From Planctomycetota bacterium (lineage in GTDB: Bacteria; Planctomycetota; UBA8108; SXIK01): a stretch of DNA of 64,000 bases. This document shows positions 57,876-64,000 of the stretch, one piece after another. The notes below the pieces were generated by a model that was not told the origin of the DNA, searched no databases, and was given only the letters and a program-made list of their open reading frames with translations. The DNA is taken from positions 8,096,001-8,160,000 of the forward strand of contig OZ244999.1 in NCBI GenBank assembly GCA_965223265.1. Reading direction: 5' to 3'. The translations under genes and the position numbers were made by a program. The first letter of the stretch is position 1; every line of letters begins with the position of its first letter.

Positions 57876-57956
57876 CGGTGTTGTCGCGATGGGCCCTGGA
57901 TTCGTTTTGAATCCGGGCTCGTCGCGGTGATTTGATCCCGAAATCACGCTCCAACG

Positions 57957-57998
57957 AAAAAGGGCGGGAGGGCACAGCGCGCGCCCTCCCGCTTTTTT
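57957..57998 (+). terminator. Rho-independent terminator
   Basis: Stem GCGGGAGGGC / GCCCTCCCGC followed by T6 and preceded by A5. Confidence 0.85.
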
Positions 57999-58337
57999 CA
58001 TTTGCTGTCGGCTTCGACAACGTGGGGCATCTCTCGGGACTCCTCCGTCTTCCTTCGCTGCGGCGGTGAGAGTGAGCTACTTCACTGCGAGCACGGCCGG
58101 CGATGCCGAAATTCCTTAGGCGATGGTTGCCAAGCGCGGCGGTTTTTTGCCGTCATTGCTTTGCAACATTGCGATCGATGCGGCAGAATCCGCCGACAAC
58201 GACGGTGACGGACCGGGACTCGCGGCTGTGACGGTTTTCATGTCGGGTTCGTGTCTTGTCGCTGGCCCGCATCGCGGCAGCAGCCGATTCCGCATGGACA
58301 TCCGGTTGCGTTGGCACAAGCCGAAGGAAAGGGAGTG

Positions 58338-60818
58338 ATGAGAGAAGTACGCATCGCCGAGGATCTCCACGAGCTCGCTGCGAATCTGTGGTGGACCTGG
58401 AACGAAGAGGCCGGTCAACTTTGGGACCGCGTCGCTCAGCAGTGGCCAGCGCGAAGCCGCGCTCGCCTGCGTGCGTCGCCTCCAGCGATGGCCCGCAGTC
58501 TGGACCGCGCTCGTCTGCGGCGATTGACGGCGAACGATGACTATCTGCGTTTTCACCGCCGGGTCATGGCTTCGCTGCGTCGCGCCGTGCGGCGACGTCC
58601 AGCCGTGGAGGGTTTGTCGCGATCGCGACCGATCGCGTACTTCTCTATGGAGTTCGGAGTTCACGAAAGTTTGCCGATCTTCGCGGGAGGACTCGGCATC
58701 CTCGCGGGCGACCACGCAAAGTCTGCGAGCGACCTCGGGCTGCCCATGGTCGGCATTGGCATGCTCTATCACCGGGGTTACTTTCGCCAGGAGCTTGACG
58801 GCACGCGGATGCGAGTGAAGTATTCGGCGCTCGATATCGAGAATGCGCCGCTCGAGAGAGTCCGCGGCCGGGATGGCAAGGAGCTTCGCGTCAGCGTTGA
58901 GCTTCCGGACGGCGTCGTCCGTGTGCGCGCCTGGCGTGCGCGCGTTGGTCAGGTGGATCTCTACTTGCTCGACACTGACGTCTCCGGCAATCGGCCGGCG
59001 CAGCGACGCATCAACAACTATCTTTACGGCGGCAGTCGTGAAGATCGGATTCGTCAAGAGCTGGTGGTCGGAATCGGTGGTGTGCGACTGCTTGCGGCGC
59101 TCGGGATCGAGCCGAGCGTCTGGCACATGAACGAAGGACATGTTGCGTTCTTGGCACTCGAAAGATTGCGCCGGATACGCCAGGGCACGAGGCTCGATGT
59201 GGTCGAAGCTCTGGAGGCCCTCGCCGCCGACACGGTGTTCACGACGCACACGCCGGTGCCGGAGGGCAATGAGACGTTCGACATGTCGCTTGTCCGCGGC
59301 TACGTCGAGAGCCACGCTGAAGCAGCAGGCCTGCCGGTTGACGAGTTTCTCGACATGGGTCTCGACGACACAGGCGAGCGGCCGATTTTCAGTATGACGG
59401 TGTTGGCACTGCGGCTGTCGCGTTTTCGTAACGGCGTGAGTGCCCTCCATGGGGAGGTCGCTCGCGGCATGTGGAGCTTTCTGTGGCCGGCGCTGCAGAC
59501 ACGTGAAGTGCCGATCGGCTCGGTGACGAACGGCGTCCATATGACGACTTGGGTGGCACCGCAGATGGCGTCGCTGTTCGATCGTCACGTCGGAGACGAT
59601 TGGCGGGAGCGACAAGCTGAGGCAAAACTCTGGAAACGCGCCGCGAAGATACCTGACGCCCAGCTCTGGACAGCCAAGCAGGAACTCAAAGGTGAGCTCA
59701 TCGGTTTTGTCCGCGAGCGCGAGCGAGCGCGGCTGGCGCGCGCTGGATGGAACGAGAAGCGGATCACGAAGCATGTCGACGGCCTACTACGACCAGACGC
59801 GCTCACGATTGGGTTCGCACGTCGTTTTGCGCTCTATAAGCGCTCGGCGCTGATTTTTCGCGACCTCAAACGTGCCGCGCGGCTCTTCGGTTCCGAGCGG
59901 CGGCCGCTGCAGATCATCTTCGCCGGCAAGCCCCACCCGGAAGACCCCGAGGGCAGGAAGGTTTTCGAGAAGGTGGCGCGCATCGCCGCTCGCAAGGAGT
60001 TCCGCGGCCGTGTTGTCCTTCTCGAGAACTACGACACAGAGGTGTGTCGCTACATGGTGCGCGGAGTCGACGTCTGGCTCAACAACCCGCGCCGACCGCT
60101 TGAGGCGAGTGGCACGAGCGGCGAGAAGGTACCGATCAACGGTGGCCTCAACGTCAGCATCCTCGATGGTTGGTGGTGCGAAGGCTATGCGCCAGAAACG
60201 GGATGGGCGTTCGGCAAGACGGAAGCCTATGACGATCTCGCGGTCCAAGACCGAGACGACGCTGCGGCGCTCTATAAGGTGCTCGAACGTGAGGTCATTC
60301 CGCTTTACTACGAACGGGACCGTCGCGATCTGCCGCGCGCTTGGATCAAGAAGCTCAAGAGCTCCATGGCGCGTTTGGTGCCAGCGTTCAGCAGTCATCG
60401 TATGGTGCTCGACTACGTGGAGCAGTACTATCTACCGGCGCAAGAGCAGGGGCGTGCGCTCCGTGCCGCGGGTGGCAAGTTGGCGCGGGAGCTCGCAGCT
60501 TGGCAAGACGACGTGTTTCGCAGCTTGCCACTCGTTCACTTTCGTAGCGGGAATCTGAGCCTGAACGGCGCGCTCGTCGTCGAGGTGTTTCTCGGTGGAC
60601 TCGACCCGCGCCGCCTGCGCTGCTGGGATGAGGACGGCCGTGACCACCGCGTCACCGTCGAACGCCGCGACGGTGCTGGGCTCTATCGGCTACGCATCGA
60701 GCGCCCAGCCGGCGTGACAAAGGGCGGCCGGAGGTGGAAGCTACGGCTCTTTCCGACGCACCCGAAGCTGCCGCAGCCGCAAGAGCTGGGTTTGGCGATC
60801 GATCTCGAGAGTTCGTAG
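58338..60818 (+). CDS. glgP: Alpha-glucan (glycogen/maltodextrin) phosphorylase
   Basis: NLWWTW, YFSMEFG, GGLGILAGD, HMNEGH, FARRFALYKR, EASGTSGEK (PLP Lys). Confidence 0.96.
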   Translation: MREVRIAEDLHELAANLWWTWNEEAGQLWDRVAQQWPARSRARLRASPPAMARSLDRARLRRLTANDDYLRFHRRVMASLRRAVRRRPAVEGLSRSRPIAYFSMEFGVHESLPIFAGGLGILAGDHAKSASDLGLPMVGIGMLYHRGYFRQELDGTRMRVKYSALDIENAPLERVRGRDGKELRVSVELPDGVVRVRAWRARVGQVDLYLLDTDVSGNRPAQRRINNYLYGGSREDRIRQELVVGIGGVRLLAALGIEPSVWHMNEGHVAFLALERLRRIRQGTRLDVVEALEALAADTVFTTHTPVPEGNETFDMSLVRGYVESHAEAAGLPVDEFLDMGLDDTGERPIFSMTVLALRLSRFRNGVSALHGEVARGMWSFLWPALQTREVPIGSVTNGVHMTTWVAPQMASLFDRHVGDDWRERQAEAKLWKRAAKIPDAQLWTAKQELKGELIGFVRERERARLARAGWNEKRITKHVDGLLRPDALTIGFARRFALYKRSALIFRDLKRAARLFGSERRPLQIIFAGKPHPEDPEGRKVFEKVARIAARKEFRGRVVLLENYDTEVCRYMVRGVDVWLNNPRRPLEASGTSGEKVPINGGLNVSILDGWWCEGYAPETGWAFGKTEAYDDLAVQDRDDAAALYKVLEREVIPLYYERDRRDLPRAWIKKLKSSMARLVPAFSSHRMVLDYVEQYYLPAQEQGRALRAAGGKLARELAAWQDDVFRSLPLVHFRSGNLSLNGALVVEVFLGGLDPRRLRCWDEDGRDHRVTVERRDGAGLYRLRIERPAGVTKGGRRWKLRLFPTHPKLPQPQELGLAIDLESS

Positions 60819-61012
60819 TCCGCCCGACGGCACTGGGAATGATCGGCAGTGGTTTGCGCGCGTGTGGTCGACGGTGTGCCCAGCCGGTGGTGCCCTCTAT
60901 CGCCACTCCTTTCCTGTTGTTGCGGAAGCGCAGCCCTTGGTGCGATGATTCCACCGCGCCTGTCGAGCGGGTGTTTCGTGCCCTAGGCTCATGCGCGATT
61001 GCGATTGCGTGC

Positions 61013-61123
<111 letters not shown>

Positions 61124-61246
61124 GGGAACGCGGGTCACCACGCCCCGAATCTGGTCGCCTGCTCTCGGCGGTGCGCTAAAGCGGGACGAATTCGAAACGA
61201 ACACCCAAAACCTTCAACCGGGCTTCGGATCCCGGAAGACTCGTCT

Positions 61247-62524
61247 TTAGCGCTTCGCGACTCGCCGGCCGCCGACGGAGACCAAGTGCTTCAGCGTGCG
61301 CACGTAGAGCTTGCCACTCGCGACCGCGGGCGTGCTGTGGCTCTCTTCCCCGAGAGGCGTTCGCCCCAGGAGCTCGAATGTGCCGGTCGCTGACACGACG
61401 ACGACTTCTCCCTCGTGCGTGACACAGAAGAGCCTGTCGTCGATGCAGACGGGTGAGCCGAAGTATCGGCCCCCGACGCGCTCCTGCCAGTGGATCTCGC
61501 CGCTCGCCGCGTCGACGCACGAGACGATGCCTTTGTCGCTCCAGAGAAAGAGAAACTTACCTTTGACGATTGGTGTCGGCACGTACGGCGCTGAGCGGCG
61601 GATTTTGTAGGCTAGCTTCGACTCGGTCACGTCGCCCGTGCCGCCGAGATGGACGGCGACAAGGTAGTTGCCTCCGCCGCCGGACCCAGTTGTGCCGATG
61701 ACCAGACCAGCGCCGAGAAGCGGTGACGACACCGTTCGCTTGTCGAACACCTTCGCTTCCCAAACGACTGCGCCGGTCATGACGTCGACGGCGGTGAATC
61801 CCCGCTTGTGGCTTGTGTAAAGCGCACGTGGATTGCCTTCGGGCGGTGTGTAGACGCACGGCGTGCCGTAGGAAGTGTGGCTGCTCTCTCGGTCGAGCCG
61901 CCAAAGCTGGTCGCCGGAGGCGGCATCGAACGCGGCGAGATAGCTCTCGTTCTGGACGTCTTTCGCCACGAGCACGCGACCCTGAAAAACGACCGGTGAA
62001 CTGCCGGCGGCGTGACGAGTTTGGTACGGTCCCAGATCTTTTGTCCACTTCTCCTCGCCAGCGTGGGAGAACGCGGTGAGCCAGCCGGCCTTCGAAGTGC
62101 CAAAGACGAAATAAACGCGCTCGGCGTCAACCGCAGCAGAATGGCTGGCGTAGCTACTGAAGTTGTGCTTCGCCTGGGCGTCGGTCTCCCAAGACTTCTC
62201 CCAGACGAGGTCGCCGTCAGCGGCGCGAAGACAAAACGCGATGCGCCGATTGCCGCCCTCGGCCGCACCAGTGAGGAAGAGGCGCCCTCCCCATTCGACC
62301 GGCTGCGAGTGCCCCTCGCCGGGCAGCTCCACGCGCCAGTTCTGCTCGAGCTCAGTCCAGCGGCTGGGGATTTCTGGACCGGTGGCAAGCCCGGAGCCGT
62401 TGGGGCCACGAAAGCGTGTCCACTCCTGCGCGCTGGCGGCTGCGCCCGGCAGTGACGAGGCGGCGATCGCAAGAAAGGTGGCTGCCAAGAAGAGCGGGGA
62501 AAAGGCGTTGAAACGACTGGACAT
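61247..62524 (-). CDS. PQQ-like (BamB-type) beta-propeller secreted protein
   Basis: Signal peptide, WTRFRGPNGSG, W(R/K) repeats, SSPV, PYVPTP, STPAV; ATG 62524 after GGGAG. Confidence 0.9.
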   Translation of the reverse strand: MSSRFNAFSPLFLAATFLAIAASSLPGAAASAQEWTRFRGPNGSGLATGPEIPSRWTELEQNWRVELPGEGHSQPVEWGGRLFLTGAAEGGNRRIAFCLRAADGDLVWEKSWETDAQAKHNFSSYASHSAAVDAERVYFVFGTSKAGWLTAFSHAGEEKWTKDLGPYQTRHAAGSSPVVFQGRVLVAKDVQNESYLAAFDAASGDQLWRLDRESSHTSYGTPCVYTPPEGNPRALYTSHKRGFTAVDVMTGAVVWEAKVFDKRTVSSPLLGAGLVIGTTGSGGGGNYLVAVHLGGTGDVTESKLAYKIRRSAPYVPTPIVKGKFLFLWSDKGIVSCVDAASGEIHWQERVGGRYFGSPVCIDDRLFCVTHEGEVVVVSATGTFELLGRTPLGEESHSTPAVASGKLYVRTLKHLVSVGGRRVAKR

Positions 62525-62758
62525 GCTCGACTCCCATCCGTTGAATACCGCTCGCGCGCGTCGTACTGTCGACACCGGTCGACGAACGTCGACGAGATGC
62601 CACGCCGACCCGGGTCGCTGGCAGACCCTCGAGTTACGTCGCGGTGATCGATGCCGCTGGCGGCATCTCCTTCCCTTGAATGCCGCCATCATAACCTGCG
62701 ATTCTCGGCCGTTTCCACCGCACAATCTTGGCTCGAGGGTTGACGCAAGGAGGTCCAC

Positions 62759-63634
62759 TTGAACACAACGCTCACTCCTGCTCACAAGTTGCGCACGCTT
62801 CTTGATGCGCCTGGCGTTATCTCGTCCGTCGGCGCGCACGACGTGCTCACAGCACTCATCCTCGAACGAGCGGGTTTCGAGACCGTCTTCATGGGCGGAT
62901 TCGGCGCCAGCGCGAGCCTCTATGGCCTCCCCGATCTCAACTACTTGGGGATGTCCGAGATGGCGGACGCCCTGCGGCGGATGGCGTCGCGACTGTCGGT
63001 ACCGGTGATCGGCGACGGCGATACGGGTTACGGCGGCGTGCACAACGTCATGCGCTGCGTGCAGGAGTTCGAGCGTGCTGGTGCGGCGGGAATGATCCTA
63101 GAGGATCAGGTATTCCCCAAGCGCTGTGGTCATTTCGAGGGGAAGAGCGTGATCGACGTCGACGAGATGGTGCGTAAGTTCCGCGCCGCGGTGCGGGCGC
63201 GTCAGGATTCGGACTTCGTTTTTGTCGCTCGCACCGACGCCCGCGCCACCCACGATTTGGACACTGCCATCGAGCGCGTCAATCGATACTGCGACGCCGG
63301 CGCCGACGTCGCCTTCATCGAGGCGCCAACCAGTGTTGGCGAGCTTGAGGAAATCTGCCGACGTGTGCCGCACCCGAAACTCGTCAACATGCTTTCGTTT
63401 GGGAAGACACCCATCCTTTCAGCCGCCGAGCTCGAGCAGATGGGCTACAAGATCGTCGTCGCACCGATCGCGTCGCTGCTCCTTCTGACGCGCGCCATTC
63501 AAGACCTCGCTTCGTCATTTCGATCGGATGGGCATGCACGCTCGTTGTTCGACCGCATGGCGAGTTTCGATGAGCTCAAGGAGCTTCTGGGCCTGGATGA
63601 GCATTTGGCACAGGTGCGCGAGTTCGAACCCTAA
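62759..63634 (+). CDS. Isocitrate lyase/PEP mutase family (methylisocitrate-lyase-like)
   Basis: DGDTGYGG, LEDQVFPKRCGH, ARTDA, GAD..FIEAP. Confidence 0.92.
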   Translation: MNTTLTPAHKLRTLLDAPGVISSVGAHDVLTALILERAGFETVFMGGFGASASLYGLPDLNYLGMSEMADALRRMASRLSVPVIGDGDTGYGGVHNVMRCVQEFERAGAAGMILEDQVFPKRCGHFEGKSVIDVDEMVRKFRAAVRARQDSDFVFVARTDARATHDLDTAIERVNRYCDAGADVAFIEAPTSVGELEEICRRVPHPKLVNMLSFGKTPILSAAELEQMGYKIVVAPIASLLLLTRAIQDLASSFRSDGHARSLFDRMASFDELKELLGLDEHLAQVREFEP

Positions 63635-63752
63635 TGCGCGCGAAAGTGACGGCAAGAAACGCCTGCGGCTTGCTAGCTTCGCGGGCGTTGGGGTCCGATT
63701 CGGACGGTAGCAGCGACAACTACCGTCGGCGCCGCAGCATTCGTCTCGCCAC

Positions 63753-64000
63753 TCAATCACACCGCGTCGCCGTCCAGGCACGACAGACGTACGGCACGCT
63801 CACGGCATCGACTCCCGCCGCCTCAAGGAGCGATTCGATCGCGCCCATGAGTTGAGGGTAGCGCTCCGGACCGGCGGCGACGCGGAGACGGTTGTGACTC
63901 CGCCATAGCTCGGCGAATCGTCGGCGCTCCATCCGAACAGTGTGTTCTTCCTCGTCGAACGCGTCGCCGTAGAAATCGCCCGTTGAGGTCAGGACCTTGT
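63753..64000 (-). CDS. C-terminal part of a probable class I SAM-dependent methyltransferase (runs off window)
   Basis: Manual translation ...FAELWRSHNRL...AIESLLEAAGVDAVSVPYVCRAWTATRCD*; resembles methyltransferase C-termini; SAM motif is outside the window. Confidence 0.55.
   Translation of the reverse strand, partial: KVLTSTGDFYGDAFDEEEHTVRMERRRFAELWRSHNRLRVAAGPERYPQLMGAIESLLEAAGVDAVSVPYVCRAWTATRCD

Noticed and set aside
58116-59774. 552-aa antisense ORF, and similar long ones at 5006-6139, 22709-23863, 32085-33269, 40983-41975, 54002-55132 and 56904-58001
   Set aside because: They lie opposite well-supported genes; shadow ORFs are expected from GC-rich codon bias; no motifs.

Overview
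GC-rich bacterial chromosomal window. The gene content suggests Planctomycetota (inference): a PQQ-like propeller, a prenyltransferase-repeat protein, a Gln-rich 'WGxLP...YY' protein, dockerin-like tails and an FG-GAP lipoprotein. Bases 1-19.3 kb hold an exopolysaccharide/exosortase locus of the PEP-CTERM type: five glycosyltransferases, a FemAB-like protein, PrsK/PrsR, exosortase, EpsI, a giant TPR-like protein, a split Wzc with a degenerate kinase, and Wza. The rest is transporters (TAXI-TRAP, SSS, ClC), metabolic genes (fumC, solA, prs, glgP, hexokinase-like, PfkB, Fe-ADH, nitrilase, ICL/PEPM) and several large secreted proteins. Main signals: (i) three unrelated secreted proteins end in the same ~85-aa Cys-containing dockerin-like tail, which suggests a modular surface-docking system; (ii) one of them is a pentaheme cytochrome c fused to a beta-helix; (iii) another is built from 13 tandem repeats with palindromic Cys spacing C-x3-C-x10-C-x9-C-x10-C-x3-C; (iv) a ~160-bp MITE family with 4-bp target duplications repeatedly sits at stop codons; (v) a perfect (GAGAGT)18 microsatellite. 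No rRNA, tRNA or CRISPR array was recognised. All calls come from reading motifs by eye; no database searches were run.
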